Shown: positions 47,199 through 61,200 of the stretch, in pieces
Numbering within the stretch: the first letter of the stretch is position 1
Layout: the number at the start of each line of letters is the position of its first letter
Source of the DNA: a virus
Lineage: Duplodnaviria > Caudoviricetes
DNA length: 64,000 nt
Reading direction: 5' to 3' (one strand)
Virus record (IMG/VR): IMGVR_UViG_3300033463_000039
Coordinates: 1 to 64,000 of that record
Position numbers and translations under genes: made by a program
Notes under the pieces: generated by a model
What the model was told of the DNA's origin: nothing
Databases searched by the model: none
The model's input: the letters and a program-made list of their open reading frames with translations, nothing else

Positions 47199-47555
47199 TT
47201 AACCCTCCTTTTCAGGAGCTTCTGGTCATAAAACAAATAATTTTGGTCCATCATCATCATAGCCAACAAGAGTATCATTGTCATTTAATTCGATTTCATA
47301 CCAATATGTTACTGTTTTAGTTTTGATAAGATTCTCAAGTTTAGTCTCGTCAGAAGTTAAAGTCATTTCGAAAGTATCTGATTGTTCATCAATAGTAAAA
47401 GATTTTTGAAAAACTACTGAACTATAGTCATTCTCTTTTACGATAGAAAATTTAATAACGTCTCCAATAGCAAAATCTTGATTAGCAGTTAATATAATAG
47501 TAATTTGATCGCCTCTATTAAGATACATATTTTTACTATCATCTATAATAAACAT
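47199..47555 (-). CDS. BppU-like baseplate upper protein domain (TGA=Trp)
   Basis: MYLNRGD...FSIVK...LTSDET...YWYEIEL pattern. Confidence 0.5.
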
Positions 47556-47644
47556 TTTGACTCCTCCTTTTCTTTAAAATCTTTCTCTTTGTATATTAAA
47601 AATCGTTTGGACTTATTTTTGAAAAATACCCAAAATAAAAAAGA

Positions 47645-47674
47645 AGATAACTGCATGAATTAAGCAGTTATCTT
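47645..47674 (-). terminator. Intrinsic terminator after the holin
   Basis: AGATAACTGC...GCAGTTATCT hairpin. Confidence 0.6.
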
Positions 47675-47683
47675 TAAATAAAA

Positions 47684-47935
47684 TTATTCTTCTTCTTCGT
47701 TATTTTCTTCTTCTGGTTCTTCGATAGCTTCTTGATCTGCTAGTTGTTGTTTACAATAAACTTCTCTTGCGGCAGTTACTATTGCACCAACTAAAACATC
47801 TAGTCCTCCAATTATTGTTGTTGCAACTTGACCTTCTATTTTACCAAAAGTAGTTAAGATTAAAAAGATAAAGTTTACAATAGGAACTAATGTTAAAGCA
47901 AACATTTTTAATGCATCATAAGTTTTGTTGCTCAT
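47684..47935 (-). CDS. Holin (Dp-1-like)
   Basis: MSNKTYDALK start, two TM helices, acidic tail. Confidence 0.6.
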   Translation of the reverse strand: MSNKTYDALKMFALTLVPIVNFIFLILTTFGKIEGQVATTIIGGLDVLVGAIVTAAREVYCKQQLADQEAIEEPEEENNEEEE

Positions 47936-48012
47936 AGATTTCTCCTTTCTTGCGGCGGCAGGGGATATTCTCCCCTACTCGAGACTATGCCATTTCTATA
48001 TCGGCTGCCGCA

Positions 48013-48276
48013 TTATTCTTCTTCTTCATATATTTCTCAATTATTAGATAAAATATCTGCATTTTGAAAATTATAATCAACTGTTTCTCCTGTATCAAGT
48101 GTAAGAATTACTTTTTGATTACTTGTTTCATTAAGAGTATTTCCTTCAAGATCTTTATTTATTATTGTTGAATCTACTAGTTGTATATAAATAAAATTAT
48201 CTCCTCAGAAAAGTTTATTTGTATTACATATTTTTTCCCCTTGCTGTAAATAATTTATCATTTCATAAAAACTCAT
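48013..48276 (-). CDS. DUF2829/Tad2-like small protein (TGA=Trp; absent from track)
   Basis: MSFYEMINYLQQGEKI...FWGDNFIYI...DILSNNWEIY. AAAAGGAGG RBS. Confidence 0.5.
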
Positions 48277-48297
48277 TTATTTATCCTCCTTTTATAT

Positions 48298-50982
48298 CTA
48301 TGCAGTTCTTCTCCACATATAAATTGCAATATATGGAATATTATGAGTGTGGCTATTTAAAGTGTGAGTATGGCTTGATGTCGCTGCAGAATCTCCAATT
48401 GTTTCCATACCATAAGTTTTCCATCCTCGATCTCCAGCATAAGCAGAACTGTATCCATAGGCATCATCTCCACTACCTCCATTATTCCAACCACCATATA
48501 TTTTATGTTGGTGAGAACGTAGACCACTTTGTGCTGCTGTTAATGTTGTAGCTCCAGTATTTCCACTCGCTGCATTAGTAGCTGTTCCTGTGTCATTTCC
48601 ATTACTTCATGATGCAGAATCACTATTAATATTATATAAGAATTTTCCTTTTGGAAGTCTTTCCCAAGTTCCACCAAACAAAGTAGCAGGACTTGTAGAA
48701 TTAACACTCATATAAATAGATCCTACTGGATAAATTGCATTTAATACAGTTATATCTACCATTGTGACATAAGAATCACTAGGCAAAGTTTGAGCAGAAG
48801 TATATGCCCCAGAATAAAAAGTTCCAAAAGGAGCTTGTTCTTTTGTTGTTCTTCCTGTTTTACTAAGAACTTGATAATTAAAAGTCCCATATTGAGCTCC
48901 ACAATTTACTCACAAAGCACATTTTCCATTTGTATTATTATAATATAATCTAAGTCTATCTAAAGCTACAGAACCACTTAATCTATAAAGTTGACAGGTT
49001 AAATTATATGCTCCTCCATTATTAGCACCATTTTGTCTAATACGGAAACTAATTTGACCTCATAAACTGCTATATCCACCATTTACCTGTAAAGTATAAC
49101 ATTTATCATCATATTGAACAGAAGTAAAAGTTCCATCTCAAACCTTAAACCAATAAGAAGATAAACCGCTAGTTCCAGAAGTTACATACCCAGAATAATC
49201 ATTTATTAATTTTCCTGTCATCGTTCCTGTGACAGTTAAATTCTTTGTTGCATTAGATGTTCCTATGGTTGTTGCACCATTTATTTGGACATTTCCTTCT
49301 AAATTTGTTTTTCCATCTACAAATAATCCTTGTTCTGTTGGAATTGTATTAATACCAACTCCATTTACTGTCTCATCTATAAATAAAATTGGCATACCAG
49401 GACCCACTGAAGCTAAAATTGCATTTGATTCTTCTCCAAAAGCATCATATAATATAACTTTAAAATCATAACTTAAAGTATTATCAAAAGTATCTTCCAA
49501 AGTAATTAAAGAATTAAAAGTTTCAACATCATCATCTAATAAAGTATAAGTAGATGCTGTAGATAATTTATAATATACTTCTGCTCATTCTTCATGATTA
49601 ACAGAAGCAATAGCTCATGAAGGATTAATTTTTAATTGAACAACTTCTCCATAATTATTTTGTCTATTAACAGAAATTGTTCCAGATGGATTTGTATAAG
49701 GAGTTACAGATATTGTCTTTGTTTGAACTGAAGTTTCTAACCCTTTATAATCAACTGCTTTAATCTTAACCGTTACTGAAGTTGCCGTCGATCCTACTGT
49801 CCCAACTGAAATGTGGGTTGCGCTAGCGCTCCTAGTTGTTCAAGAAGTACCTCCATCTGTTGATACTTGATATTCTTTTATTGAGCTTCCTGAATTAGAA
49901 TTTGCTATTGCAGCTTGATTACCAGTTAAAGCTAAAGAATATTCTCAACTACTTTTTCCTTGCACTAAAATTTGATTATTTCCTGTTATTCTTGTTGTTT
50001 CAGAGCCTATGTCTGCATAAGTAATTGCAGTATTAATTGCAAAATTACTACTTCAAGAAGGAGTATAAGAAGTATTTATTCCTAAAGTTCCTGTTTTTGT
50101 TGTTGTCCATGAACTATAAACACAAGTATAAGTTAAATTAGCAGATGTTGTTGTTGATGTCCCACTTCCAAGTGCTGTTCTACATTTATCAGCAGGAATT
50201 GTAAAAGTTAAAGAAGTTCCAGAAGTAGAACCTGTATACAAAGTATTATTATTTCCATCTTTTACAGTAATACTACAATTTCTACTGTGCTCATTAGTTA
50301 AATTAACTGTCTGCGCATTACCAGCTATTAAAGCTGAAGTTGTAATACTTGTTAAAGCAGGAGATTTTCAAGTTGTAGTATTAACAGAACTTGAATAAGT
50401 TGTTCCCGCACTATTTGTTGCATAATATCTAAAATAATATTTTGTATTAGTATTTAATCCAGTTACTGAATTTGTACAAGCTGTTCAATTGCTATTATCT
50501 GTTGATTTTTGATATCCACTAGCAGTAATAGTTGCATTACCATTACTAGTAATAGTTCCAGTTAAAGTAACTGTAGTTTCTGATGTACTTGCTATTGTAC
50601 AAGTAACCGAAGGTTTTACAACATTATTATCTAATGTTCAAGAACTATTTCCACTTGAAGTATAACTGCTTCCATAAGGGTGAGCAGTTATACTTACACT
50701 AAATGAAGTTCCTCCAGACTTAGTAAAACTTCCTGAAGCAATTGTATTGTCTTTATAAAAAGAACTTGATGAAGTCTGAGTAGAACCATTTACAGTAATA
50801 GAAAAACCATAATTTGAAACATATGATTGTCCACTAGTTCCAGAAGTAGCTCTAGTAACAGCAGACCAATTTATTGTAGCAGTATTTCCTGACCAAGAAA
50901 CAACACTCCAACTAAAATCTCAATACCAAATTCTAGAACCTGCTTTAACTTGATTTGTTGAAAAACTACCTGATGTTGCCAT
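48298..50982 (-). CDS. Baseplate/tail fibre protein, 894 aa (TGA=Trp)
   Basis: One frame. FN3-like GLNTNTKYYFR. C-terminal IYPVGSIYMSV...PATLFGGTWE...HTH...PYIAIYMWRRTA resembles T4 gp10. Confidence 0.7.
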
Positions 50983-51006
50983 TTTTTCCTCCTTTTATTT
51001 CCATTT

Positions 51007-54000
51007 TTATCCCCCTCTTACAAAAGCAAGTCCATTATGAACAACTCCACTCACCGTTAATGAAGCAGGCTGAGCAATTATCTTTGAATCAAAATTTAAT
51101 TCAGAAGAAACTGTTGCTTTTGTCATATTAAATTTATCTAAATCGGTATCACTACCAAAAATTAAATTTTCATTAGCATCTGTTAAAGTAATTCCATTTG
51201 TCTCTAAAATTCTAGCTCATCCACCATTTACTAGTTTTACTTTAACTCCATTTCCATCTATTATTACAATAGGATTTTCTCCATTTGTTTGATATACTTC
51301 TAAATGTCCTTCTGTATTTACAGTTTTTCCCAACGTTAAAATACCATCTTCAATTTCTGAAGCTTTAATATGAACTGCATTTAATTGGCTTAAATCCATA
51401 GTACCATCTAAGCTTCATACAGAAGTATAACTACAGGTTGAAAAAGTAGCTGTATTTTGATTTCATCCAGATGCATTATAAAAATATTGAATACCATTAC
51501 TACCCATTAAGATTCCTTCAGAAACATTGTTCATATCTTCTTTATCAACTAAATAAATAAAGTTATCAAAAATCCTAACAAAACCTAAAGTAGATAATTG
51601 AGTAATTCTGTCTCCATTTGCGGTTAACCCATCTTGTAATTGTTTTGTTAAAGTATCACATAATGGAGTTGAATAAGTTTGTAAACCAGTATCTCAATCA
51701 GTTCTAGTTCTTGTTCATATATATAAAGAAGTATCTGTAGGTTTAGTCTCTTCTCATCCTGTTACGGGAGCTGTTGAATCACTTTCAGAGCCAGCATATT
51801 CTGTTGTATATCCAATTTTATTTTTTATACTGTGCATTTCTGACCAAATAAAAGAACCATTCCCATAAATAATCTTATCTTTTTGTCAAATATAATATTC
51901 ATCTGTTAAATGAGTTTCATTTAAAGGAGTTGTCCATACATCTGTTTCCTTAGGTTTTAAGCCCGTAGAAGGATAGCAATAGTAAGGAATAATATCTACT
52001 ATACTTTGATTAATAGCTGTTTGAGTTGATATTGAAATATTAGTATCAATATCTTCAGGAGCCATTGTCCAATCAGTAGCAATATTTCCTTTTTCAAATT
52101 TAACTTTAGTAATTTCATTTGCTATATCGCTTACTTCACTATTATCATAGACAGTTAAATGTAAATATTTATCATTTTCCCCAGAAATTCATTGTTGATC
52201 AACTAAATTAATATCTGATCTTATAAAATTATCATCTACATCACAAACTCTAAATAAAGCTTTAATTCCACTTTTTGTTGAATATATTTTTATTCAATAA
52301 CTAGTTTCAGGTTCTATTTCTATTCTTCTTTTTAAAGAAATTCTTCCATTATAAGAAACTATTTCTGTTGGCTCTCCTACATTAGGAATATTTCAATTTC
52401 CATTTTGTCAATTTTCTTCTAAGTTAGAAATATAATTTCTCCCACCAATTTCTAAATCGGTAGTATCATATAATTTGACAATAGTAATAGTATCATATAC
52501 ATTAGCATTTGAACTTATACATTTAAAACTTAAAGCAGTAATACTATCTGTAAATAAATCACAAGTTTTTGCTATTGTAAGAACTTCACTGCTAATTGTT
52601 AATCCATGTTGTCCACTTGTTACATCTGTTCAACTACTTCCACCATTTGTACTATATTGCCATTTTGAATAAGTAACGGTCTGAAATCTTGGTGTTAAAA
52701 CAATATTATTTGGACTAAATGTAGAACCACCATCTGTTGATTTAAACATTTGTGAACTTGCTGTAATATCAACTAAACTAGCAGCCTCTCCGCTTGATCC
52801 GGTTGTTGTACTAGAATAACTAAAATAAATTGTTCTATCTGAAGATTCACCTGTTATTCTATAAACAATAGCAAGTTGTTCTGTTTGTGTCTGAGGTAAT
52901 ACTGTAGTCGCACTAAATGTAATAGTAGGACTTGTTACCGCGCTAGTTGAACTTACTTTAAAATTCATTCCTGTCTTTCCAGTTGCAGTTGAGCTTGTTG
53001 AAGCTGTAACCCCATTTACAGATTTAATTTGAACTGTTTTTGAAGTTGTTCCTTGATAAGCAATTAATTGTGTAGTTACTTCCTTCGCGGTGCCCGCCGC
53101 AAAAGTTTGAGCTTCATTTGTTAAATAAGCAACATATGGAGAAGTTCCATTTGTACCATTTGTTCCATTAGTAACTACCGAAACAGTTTGTTCATCTAAA
53201 ATTGTTGTTCCTGTTGAACTATTATATAAAGCAATTCTTATAGAGCTTGTATTTGCAGGAATTGTATATGAATATCCTGCAGTACTTGTAGGAGTTGCAG
53301 TTGCAGTAGAAGATCCATTTAAGAAAATCGCATATCTACCAGTAGTAAAGTTTGTAATTGCGGCATCCCCTGTTTGAGATTTTGCTGTTAAAGTAATCGC
53401 ACTTGGAGTATAAGTTCCATCAGTCGCTTTAACAACTGCTGCATGACTTACTATTAAAGAATAAGCAGTTGGACTTGTTCCATTTTCACCATCTTCACCT
53501 GCTTTAGCTAAACTCCATGAAAAATTCTTTGTAAAAGATTTACCATCAACAGTAATAGGAATTGTTAATACTCCATTTTCAGTAGTTAATGTTGTTGCGG
53601 CCGTTATAGTAATTGTTGTTCCCGATACAGAAGTTGTCAATCCAGTAACTTGACCTGTAATAGTCCCAATTGTAGGAGTTATTGATGAAGTCCCTTTATA
53701 TGCTAGAACCTCGGTTGTAGTACTACTAGCCACTGCCGCAGTATCTGTAGCAGGAAAAGTATGTGATTCATTTGAAAGAACTACTGTATATGCGGGTGCC
53801 CCTGCCGCTCCATCATCTCCCTTTTCTCCTTTTAAATCTACTTTTGTAATTGCTTTTGTTAATGTAACATATCCACCTTCATAATCAGAAGTCCTAAAAG
53901 CACAAGATATATTTGAAGCAGAAGGATTTAAAGTACAAGTAACTCCATAATAAGAATTTGGCATTGTTACTGTAACAGTTTCAGTATTTCCTGTCCATAT

Positions 54001-57000
54001 TACATTTGCACTTCCATGATAAGAATTCCATCTTCCACTATAATATCCCATATCAAGATCAATTCTTAACATTTCTCCTACTTGCATACTAGAATAATCT
54101 ACCGTTCTAACAAGTGGAGAACTTGTATCACTACTTCCAGAATGATTTAATATTACAGTTTCTTCAGTTGTAAAACCAACTGTAATTGAATTTCCATTAA
54201 CTCCTACTATTGTATATTGATATCTATTTTGACCTATTACAATTTCTCCTACTTTTGGAGTTGTATCAGGTCCAATTAATTGACTTCTTAAATATATATT
54301 ATTTGAAGGAGCAACGGTTGCTGCTCATACTGAAGCACCAGCTTCGCCATCAGAGCCTTCTAATTTAAACCATGTATAATCACCTGGGTTAATAGAATCT
54401 TCTTCTGTTGTATCTACATACGTTCCCATAAATTCACTAGGAGTTTTTGTCATTTGACTAAAACTTGAAGGATTTATTACATCTGAGTAATAATAGTGAA
54501 AATATGATGAATCTCCTGCTTCACCTTGAGTTCCTCTTAATCCTAAATTTATATTAAATTGTTGAACTTGCGTTCAAGTAACATTATTACTATCTGTATA
54601 ACTAAATGTCGCAGTAATTAAATTTGTAATATTCTCTATTGCTTTTGTTGAATCTGCAGTTATTACCATATTTTTATTATTTACACTTCAATAATAACTT
54701 AAATTTGTTATTGATGAAGGACTAAATGTACAAGTAACACCTGTAACATCAACATTTTTAAATTTTGGATAACATTGAATTGTATATTGTTTATTTTCAC
54801 TTGGATGATGATTTGTTTCTGAAGGTATTGTTATATTATTTGTAATTGGATTCATTTGTAAAAATGAAGTTGCATTATCCAAGTCTGTAATTTCTTGTTG
54901 CACTGTTCTTTGTGAACCTGATGTCATATATAATTGAGTAGCAACAACTTTACCATTCTGATCAATAGAAAAGTTACCATTTCCTCAATCTATACTTGGC
55001 GCAGATAAGTTGATCTGCATACCAGTTCCCGCAGTAGTATCATAATTACCAGATGTTAAAATTGCTTGATTTGTACTTGGATCAATTACTATTTGTCCGG
55101 ATCCAGTTTTTCCAAATCTAGCTGAACCATCACTAGCATCTAAAGCTATAGTTCTTTCTCCAGAACTATATCCAAATAAACCTGTTTCAATCTCTTGCCC
55201 AGTTTCTTCTATACTTCCTAAAAATACTCCTGTAAATGAATTGTCTTGTTCTTTTCTACCTGCTCCAACCTGAGGAGATAAAATTAAACCTTCATCTTCA
55301 TTTATTTGAATACTATTTCCATTTCAATCATTCATTAAAGCATTACTATATTTATTTAAATAAAGATGAATAGGAATTTGAATTGAACCCATACTTGATA
55401 CAGTACAAGTTATTCCATTATTTACACATAAACCATTAAATTCATCAACAGGCTTGTAATATTTTTGATTATTATTTAAAACTTGTCCATAAGTTTTTCT
55501 TAATTCTATATTAGACTCATCTTGTCAACCATTTATATATGTACTACCATAAATTTCCCATGTGTAAGTAGAAGTTCCGCTTACATCTGCAGTTCCATTT
55601 AAAGTAACTATTTCAAAAGGTTGATTATTATCATACTGAGGATATCTTCCATCAGTTGAATATATTGCATAGCGGAAGCCGCTATTTTTCTTTAGTTTTA
55701 ATGTATAATTACTATTTGAAACTCTTGATACTATAACTGGCATTGTATCATAATAAGTCATACCATCATAAGTTACATTACATCTTACTATGTTTGCGGG
55801 GTCTGTATACTGTGTCCCGTCAAATGTTACAGCACCGGTTGCCGCATTTATATTTAAGTTAGAATCTTCTGTAATAACAACAGAAGATTGATTTTTTGTA
55901 TATCTATTTTTTAATATACTCCAAGAAACATCTACATCTTTGAAATTTCCTTCATCATCTTGCTCAATATTAGAAACTCCTGAAGTAACATCTTCAAAAA
56001 TTTTAATTCCATCATGTCATAATTGAACTTTAAACCATAAGTTTTGACTTACTGGAGTATAATTTAAGCTATAAGTTCCTGCGGCAGTATTATAAGTTAC
56101 CATTGGATAATCATTTAATTCTCCTGTCGCAATATTTGGAATTATTTTACAAATAAAATCTGTACCATTAGTTCCAGATTCACCTTCTTTTATAAAAGAT
56201 AAATTACTTTCTGCTTGATAAGAAACCCCTTCATAATCTATTTTTAATTTAATATTATTATCACTAGCATTTATATCATATTTTGTAGCAATCTCATACC
56301 CTAAAGAATAAATATTTGTATAAACATAATGTCCATCTTCTACTGTTGGAGTCCCATAAGAACTAGGTATAATTATCATAGTATCTGTCATAGGAACTAT
56401 CCATTTAATTGCTGAGCCTGGAATTCCACTTTGAGGAATCTCCGCACCTAAATCATCATATAAAGTAAATGTTAATGGCAATAGAGTAATAGGATTATCT
56501 AATGATTTATTATTTGGCGCAATTCCTTTTTCATTATATTTATAAACTTGAACTCCATTATTTATTACTAAATTATATTCTTGAGCCTTTTCTAATGAAT
56601 TATATAATATAATAGAACCAGTTCCAATATAATTTCCGCTATACCAAACTGAACATTTATAAACTGTATAATTTATAATTTCATTTACTGCTACATTTTC
56701 ATAATTTTTACTTGTAGTATTTAAATCTTTAAAGCTTCCATAACAATCAATAGCAGCTCATGAATAAGTATAATTTGTATCAGTTTGAGAAGTTCCATTT
56801 ATTAAACATGATAAATCTGTATTTCCTACATCAAAATAAAATTGAGTTCCATTACTTGATGCTATTGTTATATTATAACTAGAACTTAAATTATATATAA
56901 TAACTTCTTTTTCTAATATTGTATCATTATTATATACAGCTACACATTTATATTTATTTTCTTTTGCTAAATTATCTTGTTTAGCTACTGAAATTTCATT

Positions 57001-58116
57001 TCCTGCACTATTTCATTCAATTAATAAATTATTTGGATCTGTTTGATCAATTATATTATATTCATTTAAACATTCCCAACCAGAACCACCTAATTTATTA
57101 TACTTTTCTGAATGAATTGTAATTCCTACATTTTCTTTAAACCAATAGTAAGAAAGATTAGCAAAATCATCACTTGCGGCCTTGCCTTTTACACGAACTT
57201 GAGCTTGTATCTTCCTTATATCGGTTGCCGCACTTTGATTATCAAAATAAATTCCTTGAGGTGTTATTAATGATAATCCACAACTTGTTAATTCTTCTTC
57301 TGGAATTAAATCTGCAGAATAAATTTGAACATTTTTTACAAATATATCATCTTCTTTTCCTGTTGCTGTGTGAGGAAAATTATTTGAAAAAATTTGTATT
57401 TGATCTATAGATTGAAATTTTAATCCATCTATTTCATAAGCACTAATTTGTTTAGTAAAATTTACTAAATTATATGGATTTCCGTTCATATTATCAATAT
57501 CAATAATAAAGTCCCTTTCTACAGGCTCTCCTGCCTCATCTGCATATGTAGTTTTAAAAGAAATCCCATAATTTCCTCTAAATTTTTGTTCTAAAGGTAA
57601 ATTAGTTTTAAAATAAGCACCTAATAATAATGCAGTACCATTTTTAATATATAATTCTGCGGCATCCGCATTATAATCTATTAAATTTATATTATTATCA
57701 GCATCATATAAAATTACCGAGTCTCCACCCGATTGATAAGAGCATAATCCAAAGACATCTTCAGATTGAGCTATATTATTACCTATTATATTATATCTAT
57801 TTTCTACAGAAATATTATTAATATAATCTGTTCCTAAGCTGTCAACAGTACCAATGATAGTTTTATTACTTGCCATATTATTGCCTGGAACAAGAACATA
57901 AACTAAACTGCCAACAGAATAAGTAACATCTGTTGAAGTAGAATAAGCATAAAAAGCACTATCTTGAAATTTTACCTTATACTTGCCAATTGCGGCATCT
58001 TGTACTTTTAAAATAGTACATTGAATAGTTTTATCGTAGTCAGCATTTTGAACCGCATGATCAACAAGGCTTTGGATTGTGTCAAGAATTTGTTTCTCAT
58101 AATTTGTTGCACTCAT
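51007..58116 (-). CDS. Giant tail/central fibre protein, 2369 aa (TGA=Trp)
   Basis: Six track ORFs share one frame from ATG 58116 to TAA 51007. Short collagen-like GxxG linkers, KFEKGNIATDWTMAPED motif. Confidence 0.7.
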
Positions 58117-58206
58117 TCTTTTCTCTCCTTTTTTCTCCTATTTTTTAATTCTATATAAATTTTAATTTTCATTTATATTTATTAATCTAAATTAACCAAA
58201 ATAAAA

Positions 58207-58233
58207 AAGGAAGATACCTGAAGTATCTTCCTT
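58207..58233 (-). terminator. Intrinsic terminator after the tape measure gene
   Basis: AAGGAAGATAC...GTATCTTCCTT with a T-run on the - strand. Confidence 0.7.
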
Positions 58234-58238
58234 AAATT

Positions 58239-61200
58239 TTATTTCTTTCCTATATATTGAGATGCGGCATTTGTTAAATTATTTAATGCTGTTTCTATTT
58301 CAATAGCACTCTTAACATTAGGGAAATTAGCTGTAATATGAACATCTTGTTCTAATACTGAACCATTTCCACTTCCATTTGCCACATAACCGCCTGAAGT
58401 TGCACCTGAAAGGCGCTCAAGGGTAGTTTGACCAACTGCCGCAGTTATATTTCTCATAATTGCAACAGTATCAAGTAAATTTCTAGTATCTTTTGCATTT
58501 AATACTAATTCTTTTTCATGTAAGAAAGCAGCTTTTGCATCTCTACTATTCCAAGTTCCTGTATAACCACCAGTATCTAGATATACAACTTCTCCTGGAT
58601 AAATATAGTTAGCATTTCTCCCTCTTAAATGATCTTTATTATGTTGCCAAATTTCAGTATATAAACTTGCTTTTCCATAAAATCTTCTTGCAATTCCCGA
58701 TAAAGTGTCTCCAGAAACTACTGTATAAGCCTGTCCACCTAATCTATATCCTGCCCTTGGATTTGAATTAGTTTGTGCGGGCGCTGCTGTAGTTGTTTGT
58801 GCTGGTTTAGTTTCTGGTAAAGGAGTAGCAACTGTTTCTTTAGCTGCGGTCTTGCCTTTTTCAGCTTCAGCCGCGGCTTTTGCAGCTTCCTCTTTTTGTT
58901 TAGCTAAATAATCATGAGCATCTCTTGCTGCTTGTAATTCATCTTTATACGCGTTTGCTAGATCATTAACCCCTGCCGCAAGATCTTGTACAGCTTCTAA
59001 TTCAGCTTTATAGCTTTCTATTACTCCATCATTACTCATTGTTAATGCTTGGTTAACTTCAATAATTTGATCCTCACCATTTAAAACATCTCCAACAGTT
59101 TCATTTATATCTGCTTGGATATTTTGTATAGCTTGATCATATTCTTCTGCTGCATCTTGAATATTATCAAAAGCATCTATTGTAGTAGGTTCAAATCCAC
59201 CTTCATCTTTTATTGCGCTAATCATTTGTTGAATTCCATCATCTCATTGAGGAATTAATCCATTTAGAATTACATCTTGCTCTTCTTGAGTCATATTCAT
59301 ATAAGTATCATATTCTTCTTGTTTTAAATTAGCTAAATCCATAAAAGCAGATTCTCTTAAGTCTGTTCTTATTTTTTCATTTTGTTCTACAATACCATTA
59401 ATTATTTCACCATATTCTTGTTGAATTAAAGCTTCCTTTTGAGCTCTTAATTCTGGGTCATTGATTTGTGCAGCTTCCGCCATTGCTTCTTGATAATCAT
59501 TCCATGTATCATAAGCCTCATTTAAATTATCTATATATCTTTCTTTATCAAAATTATATAGAGAATTATATGCTTCTCTTAATTTATTTTGTGCATCATT
59601 AACAGCTTCATCATCTGCAACATATTGATATCTATAATTACCTTGAGTATCTCTTCTTAATCTTAATGTATTCTTTTGTGCTTGTGCTTCTTCAAGAGCT
59701 ACTTGAGCTACTGTTAATTCATATCTCTTTTGCGCTCTCTCAATATCTTTTTCACTTAATTTATCGGCATTTTTTAATGCATCTAGTTGTTCTTGCATCG
59801 CCGCATTAAGTTTCTTTTGTGCAGACAAATTATCTGTATTATTTATTGCATCTTGATATTTATCTGCTAAATCCGCAATTCCTTGTAATCTATTTATTTC
59901 ATCTAAGAATTGTTCTGTTCTTTCTCCAACAATATCAAATTCATCACTTATATATTGTAAGCCTTTATTATTAGTTAAATTATCATTTAAATTCTTAAAT
60001 ATTTCATTTATAGTATTTGCTAATTTATCTTGTAAATTCTCAACAGCATCTTCAACAAGATCATTTCAATCTGCTACGGCATCCGCTCATTTCTCTCTGG
60101 CCGCCTCAAACTGTTCTGAACCTTGCTCAACTGCATCCATTTGATTTTTCCAATACTCAACTTGTTGTCTTTGGAAATCTAATTGTTTATTATAATTATC
60201 TTGTTGAGCATTATAATAATTAGTTAATTGAGTATAAGCTTCATCTCCAAGAGTGAGTTGAATTAAAGTCATATCATGTTCAATTAAATCTGAAATTGCT
60301 TCATAAGTATCAACTTGATCATCTATTTTATCTTGAACTGCGTCCATTTGATCTAGAACATCTTCTTGAAGTTCATCTTGTATTTCTACAATTTCTTCTA
60401 AAGCATCTTTTAATTTATCAAAATAATCTTCTAAATCTTCTAATGATTGACTTCTTTCTCTACCATAAACATTATCTAAACCTTTATCAAAAGCTCTTAA
60501 TTCATCTAAAGTTTCTTGAACATGTTTACCTAAAGCTTGGACCTCGCCAGTATCTAAATCATTTAAATAAGTTTTTAAATCTTCAATTCTAGCTTTTGCA
60601 TTACCTAAAATGTCATCATCATCTATTTGATCGATAACTTTTTTCTTAAACTCATTTCAATCTCTTTCGGCTTCCGCAATATCTAGACGAAGATCAACTT
60701 CCATTTTAAATTTTTCAATATTCTTTTCAGTAATTTTATCTATTGCTTCTTGAATTTGATCTTGTAAATCTGGAATTTCATCTGTAACTAATTCATCATA
60801 TCTTTCTAAATTCTTTTTAAATTCATCAAAATTCTTTTTAGCTTGTTCTACAGTTTCTTTATAAGACTCTTGAGCGTCTGCGCCAAGAGAATTATAATGA
60901 TTAATAATACCATTTACATAGTTTTCTTGAGCTTGAAGCGCGGCCGCATAATTTCCAATAGTTCCATCAGAATTGAATCTAACTCCAGAACCAGCAAGTT
61001 TTCCTTGAAGTTCTTTCATCTCATCTGCGGCAATACCTAATTTTTGTTGAGTAACTGTAATTTGATTATTTAAAGCTTCAATTTGCTTATTATAATTTTT
61101 TACAAGGTCTCCGCCAAATGCTTTATCTTCAGCATCTTCTAACCTATCTAATGTTGTTTCTATCTGTTCAAGTTTAACATTAACATCATGGTATCTATCA

